A stretch of 64,000 bases of DNA from Diplonema japonicum (lineage: Eukaryota > Protista > Euglenozoa: Diplonemea). The DNA lies in NCBI GenBank assembly GCA_964019335.1, contig OZ025714.1, forward strand, positions 1 through 64,000. Direction: 5' to 3'. A program made the translations under genes and the position numbers. This document shows positions 9,787 to 21,779 of the stretch, in pieces. A model generated the notes under the pieces. The model saw only the letters and a program-made list of their open reading frames with translations, was not told where the DNA came from and did not search any database. The stretch's first letter is position 1; the number at the start of each line of letters is the position of its first letter.

Positions 9787-10365
9787 CTTTTTTCTTCTTC
9801 TTGTTTTTTTTTTTTTAAGTATAAAAAGGGGGTGCAAGTAACAACCTGTGTATGGAATTGGAGAGGTCGAAGGCACGCCCACCACGCTGGCAATGAAGCC
9901 ATGCCCTGAGGGACCGACTAGTCGGAGCATACGGAAGAGGAAAAGGAGCAATTAGACTGGCGAGGTAGACTTGCTGACGTCTGGTCCAGTTGATGGGATG
10001 CAGGACATGGTAAAGACAGAGCAAGGAGAAGAGCGCCAGCAGGATGCCCTTCGCCATACGCTTCGATCGACGTGTGGTGGAATGGGTTTCCCTACCTGGT
10101 GTGCCCCGGGTGGCATGTCGATGGCGTTTGCACAAAGTGAATAAAAGTAACGGAAGTAAATAATGAGGAAGAAAAGAGCTAATTGTGCATGATCACTCAC
10201 GACATTTTACATAGCAAGCCACGTAACATTTTGACAAGAAAAAAAAGACGAGTAAAAGATAAGCACAACAAAGTAATAGGAAAAAGGAATGAGAGGAATA
10301 GGGCACCACAAACAGATGGGGCCCTAAGTTAGAAGGCGCAAGCAAAAAGAGTATAAAAAGTGCAT

Positions 10366-11862
10366 TTATTTATTAATGCCATCCATGTACTCAACCTCGT
10401 TCTCAAGGCGTGCCACCGGCTTCCTGTAGTAATAGTAAATGATACCGAGTTGCACACAAACGAGGACCGCAAGAATAACAACAGCTACAATGAGACCAGT
10501 CTTGCTAGAGCAATCATCTGATGCCTCTGTTGGGGCTGGGGTGGGCACGGCAGGTGCTGGAAACGCTGTTGGGCCGCCTTCTTTGTAAGGTTTGGTGCAA
10601 GTGTCGAGGATAGTTTCGTAGATAATAGCAACAAAGTCTTTGACAGGACACGAAGATTCAGGTCCGTGAACACATTCAGGGATGGACACGAACACCCTGT
10701 CGGGTGGCGATTCGGGAGTTAGCTCCTCCAAGTTCCTTAACTGTTCCGGGTGCTGCGCCTCGGCGTATGTCTTCACATAATACATCTCCCCCTCCTTCAG
10801 AACTTCAAACACCAACATGCCAACAGGAGGTACAAAAGAAGGGCCCCATTGCTCAAAAATCCACTCCAGCTTCAGCAGCGTAGCCAGGTATCCGATATTC
10901 TCGCCGTGCGCAAAGTACAATACCATGTCGTCAGCTGCGTTGGAGTCCAAACCGTAAGTTTCCTGACCGTAGACGATCTGCATCATGGTGTCGCCAATGT
11001 GGCGCAAGAACTGGCTTCCATATGCACGAGAGTACTGGTACCCCGAAGCGTAGTCTGAGTACACTACACCCAAGGGCAAGGTGACATCACGCAAGTAGTC
11101 CCCAAAGTTGTCCGTACCACGCGCCACCTGGTCCCACGACATGTTGTTAGCATACATCATCAGGATGTAATCAGTTGACATCAGGCCTGTCAGCCATGAA
11201 CCCATGTAGAAGCCAAAGTAGTCGTTCCACACCTCAGGAATATTTGTTAGGGTGCATGGTGTATCCATGCCGCCGTACTGCTGACAGATACTGTCACTGC
11301 AACAATCAAACTGAGTGTTCACCTTTTCCAAGACGGGGTCGATACCGCTGTGCATTCTGTCGACACTGCCGCCCATGGTCGCGTCGACGGTTGCCTTGCC
11401 AGGAGCACCGCAACGGTAGTCGGATGCATTCCTTGAGGCACCGTGGGCAAACATGTACTCTGAGAAATCAGGGTCAAGGTGGATATTGACCTCTTTTGTA
11501 GGAAGGAACCCCGACAGGAAACCCTCTGCAGTGACCTTCTCACGGTTTGTCACATCGTGCCCGTCTGCGTAAACAGTAAGGTCACTTGTTCCCTTCAACA
11601 AGCCTGTGTCCACATACAACTGTTTCCACCACTTTCCCCTTTCTTGTGCCGCTTGCTTTCCGTGTTTCGTGAGGTTCATGGGACCTTGTGCACCCCAGTC
11701 CTGCTCGTAGTTCATGAACCAATTCCTGCCATCCCTGGATATTCCATCTTGCACCTTCCCCACACGAACACTGTGCCTGGACACTGCAATGACCTTGTAC
11801 AAAGACAGACCTTCAACACAAACATAACAGCAAAGTGCAAGCAGACTCCGCAATGAAGACAT
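10366..11862 (-). CDS. Membrane-anchored histidine acid phosphatase/phytase (clade 2, AppA/Agp-like)
   Basis: Signal peptide, VSRHSVR (RHGxR variant), LTKHG, YFAHGENI (HD-site variant), PPVGMLVFE, C-terminal TM helix. Confidence 0.82.
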   Translation of the reverse strand: MSSLRSLLALCCYVCVEGLSLYKVIAVSRHSVRVGKVQDGISRDGRNWFMNYEQDWGAQGPMNLTKHGKQAAQERGKWWKQLYVDTGLLKGTSDLTVYADGHDVTNREKVTAEGFLSGFLPTKEVNIHLDPDFSEYMFAHGASRNASDYRCGAPGKATVDATMGGSVDRMHSGIDPVLEKVNTQFDCCSDSICQQYGGMDTPCTLTNIPEVWNDYFGFYMGSWLTGLMSTDYILMMYANNMSWDQVARGTDNFGDYLRDVTLPLGVVYSDYASGYQYSRAYGSQFLRHIGDTMMQIVYGQETYGLDSNAADDMVLYFAHGENIGYLATLLKLEWIFEQWGPSFVPPVGMLVFEVLKEGEMYYVKTYAEAQHPEQLRNLEELTPESPPDRVFVSIPECVHGPESSCPVKDFVAIIYETILDTCTKPYKEGGPTAFPAPAVPTPAPTEASDDCSSKTGLIVAVVILAVLVCVQLGIIYYYYRKPVARLENEVEYMDGINK

Positions 11863-11943
11863 TTTCTTTATGAGAAAGAGCGCTCTGGTTATATTTCTAA
11901 AAAAATGAAATGCAAGGTAGTTATATTTTTCCCCAATACACTT

Positions 11944-13348
11944 CTAACGCCTCAAACGACCAATAAGCCTGTTCAGGAAGGGGAAGATGAAAGTTACGAC
12001 AGATGCTAGATAGTAGAACATGGTTTTTGTAAAGCCAAAGAGTGAGCTGTAGCTCCTTCGCAAGCCGGCGCTCAAGGTGGACTGCGCATCGGCATGGCCC
12101 GTTGCAGACGAGTCCATCAGCTTTCTGCGTCTAACGTAAGGGGCTTTGAGGAACTTTTTGCGATCGCCCATCAACACCTGCGAGATAGACATTTGCGTCC
12201 TAACGGCATACCTGAGGAGGGAGCGTTTTAGTGGCGATTTGAAGTTTTGAGTCGTGCCTCACTGCCGTGCCATAAGCGAAGAACTCAACCATCCCTGTAA
12301 AAGGTACGCGTGCAGTGCAGGGCATACCTGGCCTAATCTCCTCTACCTCTATCCTAACAGACACAACCTCGTCTGCATTGACACGATCTGCCTGATCCTT
12401 CAGCTGTTTCATGACTGCCTGCCTTGCTTTCTGCGTGAGGTCCGAGTAACGAGATGCTTCACCACCCCTAAGCTGCTGCAAACCCCCAGTCACTGACCTC
12501 CCGATCCCCATGTTATACACACTGCACCCTGTAAGCGCTGCCACTGGCCTCCTGCCGGCGGAAACCAAACTCCACAGCTCTTCCTCAGCAAGCGCTGAAG
12601 TGAAAACCTGCTCAGGCGAAGACGGCATCGGCAGTGACGGGTGGACGCAAGCAGTGCCGTAGAACGTCACCTCCTGGATGAAAGGGAGCCTCACTGCTTG
12701 CATGCGGACACCTGACACAAAGTTGCACCCATTCTTAAAAGCATCTTCCTTCAACCTCATAAGAGCGTTCTTTCTAGCCTTGTTAAATATGTCGGAGAAA
12801 GCCTTCACTTCACCGGAAAAGATTGCGGTGCGCAGCGAGTGCAGAAAGACACCCTTCAAACCAGCACTGTAGGCCTCATTCCCGAAGACCACAGTTTTTG
12901 GGCTGAAGCCTGCTTCAGTGAGGCAGTAGTATTGCTCGCCGGTGCATGTTGTGGAGAAGATCTTATCAGTATCAGTATCCACCGGCTCCGTGGAGATTTT
13001 CTGTACACCCGAACCGTATGACACAAACTCAATGAGCCCCCCTAAGGGGCCGATGTCGCTGGTGATACCCACTACACCATCGTTGCCCTGGTCAATTGCC
13101 TCAGCCATCATTTTTTCATATGCTTTGGTCCTTCCGTCTTGGATCAAGTTCGTGATCTGAGTGTTTTTCCCACCAGCACCAGTCGACAAAAAAGAGATCA
13201 GCGACCTGGCAACACCTAAAGAACGCACCGAGTTCCCAAACGCTAAGGAATCTCCTGTCAGACCTTTCATCTCTAAACAGTGCATCTCATTACCGCTTAA
13301 CGGGGTCACCCATGAGGCCCGCCTCACCTGCCTTGACACGGCACGCAT
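11944..13348 (-). CDS. YbjQ/UPF0145 (heavy-metal-binding) triple-repeat protein; 2 introns
   Basis: Three repeats of G..V...G...GE......AR..A..R...A...G...V.G. Introns 12327-12295 (33 nt, in frame) and 12211-12178 (34 nt) join the ORFs as LPPQ|VLMGDRKKF. Confidence 0.8.
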
Positions 13349-13418
13349 CCTCCTGTAGATGTAGATATGACAGCTTGATGACGCAGAAAAATACAAAAGT
13401 TAACGTGTAAAGATTGTG

Positions 13419-14035
13419 TTAAGTAATATCGAAGGAGTCTATGTAGTCTATCCACGTGCATACATCGTCACCGCCTGATACCTTCGTAAGAAGCGCGCCG
13501 TTTAGATAGAATGTTGGCGTGCTCCACACACCCAGACTTATGCCTCTCCTCTGTGCTGCTTTGATCGCATCGAACACAGCATCGTCTTCCATAGACGCCC
13601 CCAACTCTTCCAGGCCTATGCCGTAATCCACGGTCCATGATGCCAATAGCCGCAAAAGGTCAAGAGGGGACTTCGTCTTGAACTGCGGGTTGCTGAATTC
13701 GGACTGATGCTTAAACAGCACATCTACGAAGCTAAAATAATTCGCAGGTCCGCACTTTCTTCCAACCACCTGTTTATGGGGTTTCATGACAAAAAGCGGC
13801 ATACCTCCAGTGCTCTGTGGCAATCGTACGCTTGCTGGTGCCCTGCTAATACGTATGGGATGAAATATAGCTTCATCTTCCCTTTGAAGTGCTCCACAAC
13901 TTGCTTCACTGTCTCCCATGCTTTTTTGCAGTACGGGCATTGCACATCTACATAGAATTCCAACACCACACCAGCTCCCTGTGTACTCCCTGGGGGCGTG
14001 TGGCCGGGGAATCTGTACGGCACAGGCACAGACAT
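13419..14035 (-). CDS. DsbA/thioredoxin-fold oxidoreductase; 1 intron
   Basis: EFYVDVQCPYC and GVWSTPTFYLNG motifs. The 35-nt intron 13804-13770 restores the frame. Confidence 0.85.
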
Positions 14036-14104
14036 GAAAGACCTGTGAAGTGTAACGAAAGTAGATCAAAAAAAATAAACATTCAACAACAACATCTATT
14101 AAAC

Positions 14105-16043
14105 TCACATGACTCTACTGGAGTGTGATTTATGTGAGTCGCTTCGTCGGCGTGGGATGACTATCTCCGATTTGAAGTCCTTTTCAGCAGCACCACTTTT
14201 CCTACTGAACGAGACACCTACCGCAGTGACGGAGCATAAAGCAGAAAGCACCTCGTAGATGTCGTGTGCTTGCTTTCCACCTACAGCTTTTACTTTGTCA
14301 CCTTTTCTAAGCCCCGCTTTGTACGCTGGACCACCAGACTTGCTGCTTTCAACATACAGCTCACCATTGCGCGTGCGGAGCTCGACACCTACTCTGCCGC
14401 GCGCCTCTTGCGTGCGCATCTCGTAAAGTTTGTTTTTAAGATCTGATATTTCCGTATGCAAACCGGAAGCGTCAGTTTTATCATTGCTGCTTGCAGACAG
14501 CGATGTTGCTTCGAAGCTTTCTTCTTCAGAACAGCCGTTCTCATGCACGTTCTTGATTCTATTTAACTGGTCTTGTATTTCGTTTTGCATCCACTTCTTC
14601 ATTTCCTGACCTTGCGCATCTTTGTTCTCCTTCAATTCGATTCCCCCCTGTCCTGGTTTCGTTTGCTGCAACGTTGCAGTTCTTATTTCTTGTTGCTGCA
14701 ACGTAGTGCACAGATCTTTCAGCTTCTCGTGCTCGCCTACCAACGCCGAGCACTTCTGCTGCATCCGAAACGACTGGTTCTCCAATGCCCTTCTGGCTTC
14801 TAGTGACTCTCGGTACATCTTCTCCAGTCCTGTAAACCTGTGCTCCAGCTCTTCAATTTCTGCTCTCAAGCCTGATTCCTTGTTCCGAAAATCTTGGGCT
14901 TCTTGCTTCAACTGACGTACGGCGGCTTCTTCAGACATCTTCCGAGCTTCCAATTCCTTCACCAGCTCTTTAGTCCCTTTCTGCTCTGTCGCCTCAGCTG
15001 ATTCCAAGAATTTGCACCTTTCCTGCAACGCTTTCACTTCTTGCGTCCTGAATCCCAACTGCTCCCCGATTGGGTCTAGTTCGCTTCTGAGCCTTGCTAT
15101 CTCTTCGCTACGTGCCTCAAGTAAAAATTGTGCGGATTCGAGCTTCATCATCAGCTGCGCGCACCGTTCGTCGTGCGTTGACTTGGCCACGCCCATTTCC
15201 CCCTGTTGGTAGTCATCAGTAGTCAGCATGCATACCTTCAGCTGGATGAGGTCAACTCTGGTGGATTCTAGTGCAGCCTCTGATTGTGCTTTGGTTGCAG
15301 CCAACTCATCACAGGACATCTGTGTTGCTTAAACCTTAGGCAATACACACCTTCAGCATATGTATTTTTTGCTGCCCGTCATTGCCCTGCAAAGTGTGTA
15401 TAGTGTTCCTACACGTGCTGACCTGCCCTCGCAAGTTCTCTATTTCTTGCTCTGCTGACAAAGCAAAAGAGTCGAACTGCTGCGTCTGCATGTGCCGCTC
15501 GGTGTCGTAAGCAGTGGCTCTCTTCTGCAACTCTACTTCAAGAGCAATACACGTGGCTTCTAATTTCTGCTCACGGTGCTCCGTCTGCTCCTTCAACAAA
15601 GACATGTTCTTTAGTTCATCCAAGAGTTCCGCTTTCTCGCGGCATAGCACGGTGTTGTGTCTTCTTAACTCATTGACATCAGTATACGAGATCTCTACCG
15701 CATGCAAGGATGCCTGTAATTCCTGTTTGCAATTCATCAGTTCTGTTTCCTTTCTATCTTTTTCTAAAGCTAGTATGTGGTTGGCATCAGTGGTCTTCTT
15801 GACGTGTGTCGTCAGATCCTTACAAGTCTCTGTCTCCTTCGTGAGGTGTGCAACAAGGTCATCTTTTTCACCGCACTGCACACGCAGCCGAGCACACTCC
15901 GTAGTGGCCGTGTGCAGTTGCATGGCCAGTCTGCTTATCTCGTCATTCTTCGCACGCATTTCGAGACTATGCTCGCTTTTCATCGAAGTTAGCAGCTGTT
16001 CGCAAGCTTGCACCCTGTTGCGTATCGTGGCATCTGCAGACAT
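14105..16043 (-). CDS. Coiled-coil protein with C-terminal PDZ domain; at least 2 introns
   Basis: Heptad-rich, with GPAYKAGLRKGDKVKAVGG (PDZ). Introns 15350-15320 (31 nt) and 15235-15203 (33 nt). Confidence 0.75.
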
Positions 16044-16129
16044 ATAAAGACATAACCTGTGTGATGTGATGAACGTACTACTGTTCTGTAGGTTCTGTAA
16101 AAGACGAATACAGTTTTAAGTCGGTAAAC

Positions 16130-17281
16130 TTAACGGATTAGATATTTGGGTCTGTCTGCTATCTTTCTGCGCAGTAAACGCAGCCTCTTGTCGTATTCCT
16201 GCAAATTACCCACCGTGTCTCGTGAAGCCCCAACGGTGTGCGAGAATAGCTCTGGGACCTCGTCGCTGGTATCTTTGTATTTCCACTCGGGAAGTGGTGG
16301 GAGCGTCTTCTTCTTCTTGGGTTCGGCAAAAAGGGCCTTCAGTTTCAAGTAGTTCTCTTTCTCTTCTTCTGTAAGGATATCGGTTTCTGGTATTGCTGCC
16401 TGCATGCGCTGTGTTAACTCGGTTGACAGTGACTCCAAAAGGATAGCAGCTTTCCTAGCGTGCGGTGGGAGGGTGAGCAGGTATGGTGGGACATCTTCGT
16501 CAAGCAGTGCATTCCTCCCCTTTTCCCACACTACTTCATCAACTGAAGCCGTGTTCATGCAGATCCTCCTCATGAGGCTAATGCGGCGGTGGAGCTGCTT
16601 CTTGGGCCACTTGACGGTATACGGGATACCCTTGGGGTCGGTTCTCTTTTCGTACATATCTGCAAGAACCTTTGTCTCACTAGGAGTTCTCTTACAAAGA
16701 GGCAAGAACGTCTCGTACTTTTGATTATCAGTCCTTGCCAACTGGAGTTGCCTTTCCAGCTCTTCTTTGAAACGTGCCACAGGCAGACAGGCTTTATCGC
16801 TCGGCTTTGGCGTGTAGGAGCTTCGCTTTGCGTGAAGCTTCTGTGGCTTGCGCCTCGGTCTTGGCTTCAGTGACGGCTGCATGTCTGTGACAACACACTT
16901 GTTATCCGAGGCAGGTCGTGGGCTCTTATTATTCTTGCTCCTCACCTGAGCTCGAAGTGCCTCCCAGCCACGGACTACGCGCTCCTCTTGCGCTGTTAAC
17001 TTTTGTTCATGTAACTCAGCTTGTAGACTTTCAATGTAAGTATCGATCTCAACATCGAACTGCTCCCTCTCGTCATACAGCTCGAGCAACCGCTGGCTAA
17101 GATTCAAGAACTCATCGCCTGTTGACTTCTTTCTATCTTCAACTAGCTCCCCTATCACCGATAAAAAACGGGACCCTTCATATGCTTTTTTCTTTTTTGC
17201 ACCCTCAAGTTCCTTAAGCTTCTTATTCGTATTTGCTTGCTTCAGCCGCCCACTCTGCAGCAAGACCTTGTCATCTTCCAT
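16130..17281 (-). CDS. Hypothetical protein (coiled-coil, basic)
   Basis: 383-aa ATG ORF, co-directional with the cluster; no recognisable motif. Confidence 0.65.
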   Translation of the reverse strand: MEDDKVLLQSGRLKQANTNKKLKELEGAKKKKAYEGSRFLSVIGELVEDRKKSTGDEFLNLSQRLLELYDEREQFDVEIDTYIESLQAELHEQKLTAQEERVVRGWEALRAQVRSKNNKSPRPASDNKCVVTDMQPSLKPRPRRKPQKLHAKRSSYTPKPSDKACLPVARFKEELERQLQLARTDNQKYETFLPLCKRTPSETKVLADMYEKRTDPKGIPYTVKWPKKQLHRRISLMRRICMNTASVDEVVWEKGRNALLDEDVPPYLLTLPPHARKAAILLESLSTELTQRMQAAIPETDILTEEEKENYLKLKALFAEPKKKKTLPPLPEWKYKDTSDEVPELFSHTVGASRDTVGNLQEYDKRLRLLRRKIADRPKYLIR

Positions 17282-17419
17282 GTGTAAATGCTCCTACGTA
17301 GCAAGCGACTTCGATACCGCTCAGCTATTGCGATTATTTTGGAAGCCCGCTCAAAACAATAACAATAACAATAACAAGGAAAGGGAGGAACAATCTATGT
17401 GAGAGTTGGACACAGATGA

Positions 17420-18158
17420 TCAGTACCACAATGGCGTGTTGTCCTTTTTGGTACTTCTCGGCATGTTACCACCTGTGAGGAGACCGTCATGGTGGTCATA
17501 GTGGTTGTTGTGCCTTATGGGCTGCTTGAGCACTTCAACTGGGGTTTTCCTGAAATAAGTGTTGAACATTGTGCGGTGCATACTCAGTAGCAAAGGGTGA
17601 CACCCCTTCTGCAGAGGCGATTGCAGGGGGGAGATCAGTACGCTGCCTGCCTACTTTCAAGGCGTTACTCGGTTCGGGGGCTTGCTCAAGCTCTACACGT
17701 GCACGGCCTGCTCTGAAAGCGCTCTGTGTTGAGCTGCCTTCCTGCTGATCGTCCGTGTGCCCGATTATATCTCCAGATGTTTTGTTGCGCTGCGTGTTCT
17801 CGTAGCGGTCGCTGTTCTTGACGTCAGTCAAGAGGACTGTCCCGAAGGGCTTCTCTTTTTGGCCATCGGTGACAGGATGATCAACTACCTTTCTCCCTAC
17901 GTGCATCTTATTGACCTCATCGCTGTAAAGGTGCTCATCGGTGTGGCCCAGGATGTCGCCCGCTGTCCTGTTCCTCTGCGAGCTATCAAACCTATCAGAC
18001 CTCATCATCGAGCTGCACTGGCTGGCCTGGTCATCGTTCGTATTAAACAGGTCCACCCCCCTCTTCTGCTCGAAGGTCTTCACACACGGCCCTCTACCAC
18101 CGCCAACCTTCACAACGTTCTTCCTTTCAACCAAACGCTGCACTGAGTAAGATGACAT
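17420..18158 (-). CDS. Hypothetical protein with internal repeat (QRN.T.GDI.GHTD x2); 1 intron
   Basis: The 34-nt intron 17583-17550 extends the ORF to ...KKDNTPLWY*. Confidence 0.65.
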
Positions 18159-18253
18159 GTTACAGTGTTTTCTTGTGTGGGCTGAGGTGCGGTGGTCGCT
18201 TTGTAACGTTGCTATTAAAATACGCTATTAAACATCGGAGTAAAATACAAAAA

Positions 18254-20630
18254 TCATTTCCTTATGCGAGCTATTGTCTTCGTGGAGTGAACGTAGTTCG
18301 TGGTGTCCTCGATGAGGCGGATCATCTCGCGATAAGGCACCTGTCATGTGTGCGAGTCATAAGCCTTTTTGCATACTCGTCGTAAGACAGGTGGGAACAG
18401 TTTGCTGCACAACTGGTCGAGTTGCTTGGGGGCAATGTCCACCTTCAACTTCTTCGTAACAGCGACAGCAAATTCCCCCGGGCCAATACAGCCGTCGTTG
18501 GAGTAGTCGCAGATGATGCGCAGCTCTTGTTGAAACAGTGCTCGTCTGTGGTACGGTTCTTTAAAATTATGTATGTAACATACCTTTTGTTGTATTCCTG
18601 CAACAGCTTTAACATCCCTTGTGCAGCTCTACTGTCGTGTAAGTCGTTCAGTCGATACTGCTCATCTTCTGTGAGAGTCTTCCCTAAGGTGACATCACTG
18701 TCCCATTCCTCGTGTATGTCCTGCCATTGCTTGTCTGTTATGTCCGTCTCGCTAACAGACAGTGTTACTAGCAGCTCTTCGTAGCTGTTAAGAGAGCCGT
18801 TTGTGTTGAAGTATCGCAGCATGGTGAGGACTTCCTGCTCGACGAGAGGGAGCCCGAGGCTCTCTACAATGTGCATGAGCTGCGTGTAGTCAACCTGTCC
18901 TTGCTTAAGGGCTCCATTCAAGGTATCCTTGAGGCCCGTGGGTGTGCTGATGAACATGGCTTTGAACTTCATCATGATCATGTTGATATTCGACTTCAAG
19001 AAGATCTTTGAGTTGTGCTCCATGTATGCCAGCGACCGCTCATCTGTGGAGGTAACTCTGAATTTCCGGTGGCTGATCTCCACCACTGCACCCACATAAA
19101 ACGAAGCAGCCGTCGCATACTCACCGTTCCCCAGCTTCACCTTCTGCCTTTGTAAGAACCTCCCGCCGAGGATGCCGCTGTTGCGCGCCACCGCCTCAAA
19201 TATGCTGATAGTGTCATCCGACACATAGTACGTGAGCACGAACTTCCTCATTGAGTCTATCTCCCCACCGAGAAGCTCTAATGAAAATTTAAGCATCTCA
19301 TTCCCACTTTCAGTGAACTTCCGCACGTCCTTCACAGGACACTTCAAGGCAAGCTGCCTCCACGACCTCAAGCTATCTTCCTCGTCTCCAAACCCGTTGT
19401 GGGGAGGCGGTGCTGGCTTGGGTGCTTCTTTCTTGATGACTTTTACATCCACAGACTGGAGCTCAGAAGCTGTCCTTCCACAGTGTTCCTTAAGGTATTC
19501 CTTGGTAAAGGTATCGCAATCATACAGCTTGAACCTCTTCCCACAGATCACCAGCTCGGTTCCTATGCACAGATCCTTGACCTTCCAGTACTCCTGTTCG
19601 GCACGTTGGAAAGTCAGCGTTCCCGTAATGCTGGAGGGGTTTGGGTTCTTTGGACATTTCCTGCGCCTTACGAACGAGGGGAACGGGTCGCGGCCACTGT
19701 TCGCGGGGACCATTTCGATGACTTCTATGCAGTCATCTGAAAGGAAGTAATACAAGTTGAAGTACCTCCTCTCGCCGCCTGTGTTGTGCACCTCATCCCA
19801 CATAGCTTTAAACTTCAGCACTTTCTTGTCATTTTGTAAAAACTGCGTCGTTTGCTTTACCTCTTCTTTCGTTGCACTGGACCCCCCTGCTGCTGCCGTC
19901 TGCCCAAGACTCAGCTTTGTTCTCGTACCACAGAGCTCACGTTTTTTGTTGGATTCGAAGCGCTGTCTAGCGTTGGTATCATACGTGTCCTGTGCGTGCT
20001 GTTTGCTAAATGCATGCACACCTGTGGGGCTTGTTCATTCTTGCCCACGTCGTGCCCTGCGTTGAGGCAGAATTCCCTTGTGAAAGTGTCGCAGTCGTAT
20101 ATTCTGAAGGTCTTTCCATAGATGGTGACATTGTCGCTGAGGCGTAGGTCGGAGAACGACAGGTACCTAGTAGATGGGACGGGATGTTGCGGCATACCTT
20201 CCCCCCTGCTTGATCTTGTGCCTCTTGACGAGCGTCCCTTGGTTCATCCCTGAGTTCAGTTGCCTCGGTTCACTCACCGCGATGGTGTCGTCTTCTAGGA
20301 AGTAGTACACAACGCACAACCGCACACGCTCTGCTTCGGTTGTCGACTCGTGAACACCCTCCCTGAAGTAACACTTGAATTTGAGCACCTTTCGGTCAAG
20401 TGCTAAGTGTGCCGGTGGCAGTGAAGTGTTGCTGATGGTGTTCGTCATGGCAAATGTATCGATCTCCTGGTTAGCTTTCTTAGGCTCACCACCATTGTTG
20501 TGTCCTGTCGTGATTCAAGAAAGGCTGTTGGCGGCATACCTGTCAATGTGTGGCACCTCCTGTAGTTCGACCGCCAAAGATCACCATGCACGAGCTCGTT
20601 GGTGCCGGGCATCAGCGGTAACTTGTCCAT
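18254..20630 (-). CDS. EFHC1: RIB72/EFHC1 axonemal DM10-domain protein with C-terminal EF-hand-like region; 5 introns
   Basis: N-terminal LPLMPG and three DM10 repeats (DRKVLKF..YYFLEDDTI.V.EP..NSG..QG). Introns 20539-20505, 20197-20167, 20021-19990, 18583-18546 and 18376-18341 (31-38 nt) give one continuous frame. Confidence 0.9.
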
Positions 20631-20951
20631 CTCGACTTCACTGTTGTGGAGCTAATGAAATATTAAGAGGAAATATGAATGAAAAAGTTATTTCATCGAA
20701 AAGAGGCTGATAGGGTGATGCTCTGAGGTGAAACAGACTGATGGACAAGGTATTGAACAGTGGGAAGAGCCAACAAACGCTAAGCTGACGGAAACACCAG
20801 TCAGACTGGAGCGGTTTATGAACACGGTGTCAGCTGTATTATTACGTAATCGTTGCCATAGCTGGCCGATCGGCACGGCGCGTAGACTTACCTTTCAGCC
20901 GATTCACCAAAGTTCTGAAAAATTGAAAACCTACATCCCCGTATGTAAAAC

Positions 20952-21584
20952 CTAGTGCTTCCTCCCGATGCCCAGAGTAGTAATGAACCTAATGATCGTT
21001 TGCGTTGGGCCCCAAGCCTTAAGAACAGGTGCCAGCCTGGGGACAACAGCGACAGTCAAGAGCATCTGCAGGTAGTTAGCATGTCTGAACTTTATAATAC
21101 CTGAAGGGGCCCGAATAATTTATTTACCGCCAGAGCGATTCCAAGCTCCGCCCAAGGGCCCTGTGTTGATAGCGGGAGTTTTTTAGTCTGATAGTTGGCA
21201 CACCTGCGGAAGCTTCTCCTCACCACCTAACCACTGTGCGAGCAGTCCCTTTACCTGAAAGATGAGCTGTGTGATTTACAACAAGCATACCGGCAGACCG
21301 CAGTACACTAAAGCAAACATCAACCAAAAGCCAATGGTGTGTATCACCAGATAAATGAACAGCGCAGGCGGTCCAAAGTGTTTCATCTTTCCATAAAGCG
21401 ATAGCTTTGACACATCAACAGGCTCTTTTTTCTTACCTTCCTTTTTATCAGTATTTTCGCTCGCAGCAGTACACCATCTTGCCTGATCAGTGCGTATCCT
21501 GCTGGGAGGCTTGCAGTAGAGACGGGTGAAGAGCTGCCTTGTGTTCCCTCGCAAGAGCACTTGCGATGCACTTCTAATATTCAT
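20952..21584 (-). CDS. FAM210/DUF1279-like mitochondrial membrane protein; 3 introns
   Basis: Transit-like N-terminus, KMKHFGPPALFIYLVIH and ELGIALAVNKLFGPLQ|MLLTV..P. Introns 21290-21255, 21203-21161 and 21100-21066. Confidence 0.65.
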
Positions 21585-21779
21585 AGTATCCTGTGATGCA
21601 TACATAATCTAAGGAGGAGATAATAATAAAAGGGAGAGGCAGTGAGAAGGCAGTGCCAAGGGTACACAATTCTGAGAGCACATTGGCACACAATCAGGGC
21701 AACCGGCTTCAGCACTGTGATGGTGCAATGGAGGATGGAAAGGAGTTAGTACGTTTTAAAAGAGCTTTACCTATTTCTA

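Noticed and set aside
9815-10200. Small ORFs upstream of Patched (MAKGILLALF...) and the extended 9951 start
   Set aside because: No recognisable family and non-ATG starts; a small gene cannot be excluded but is unsupported.
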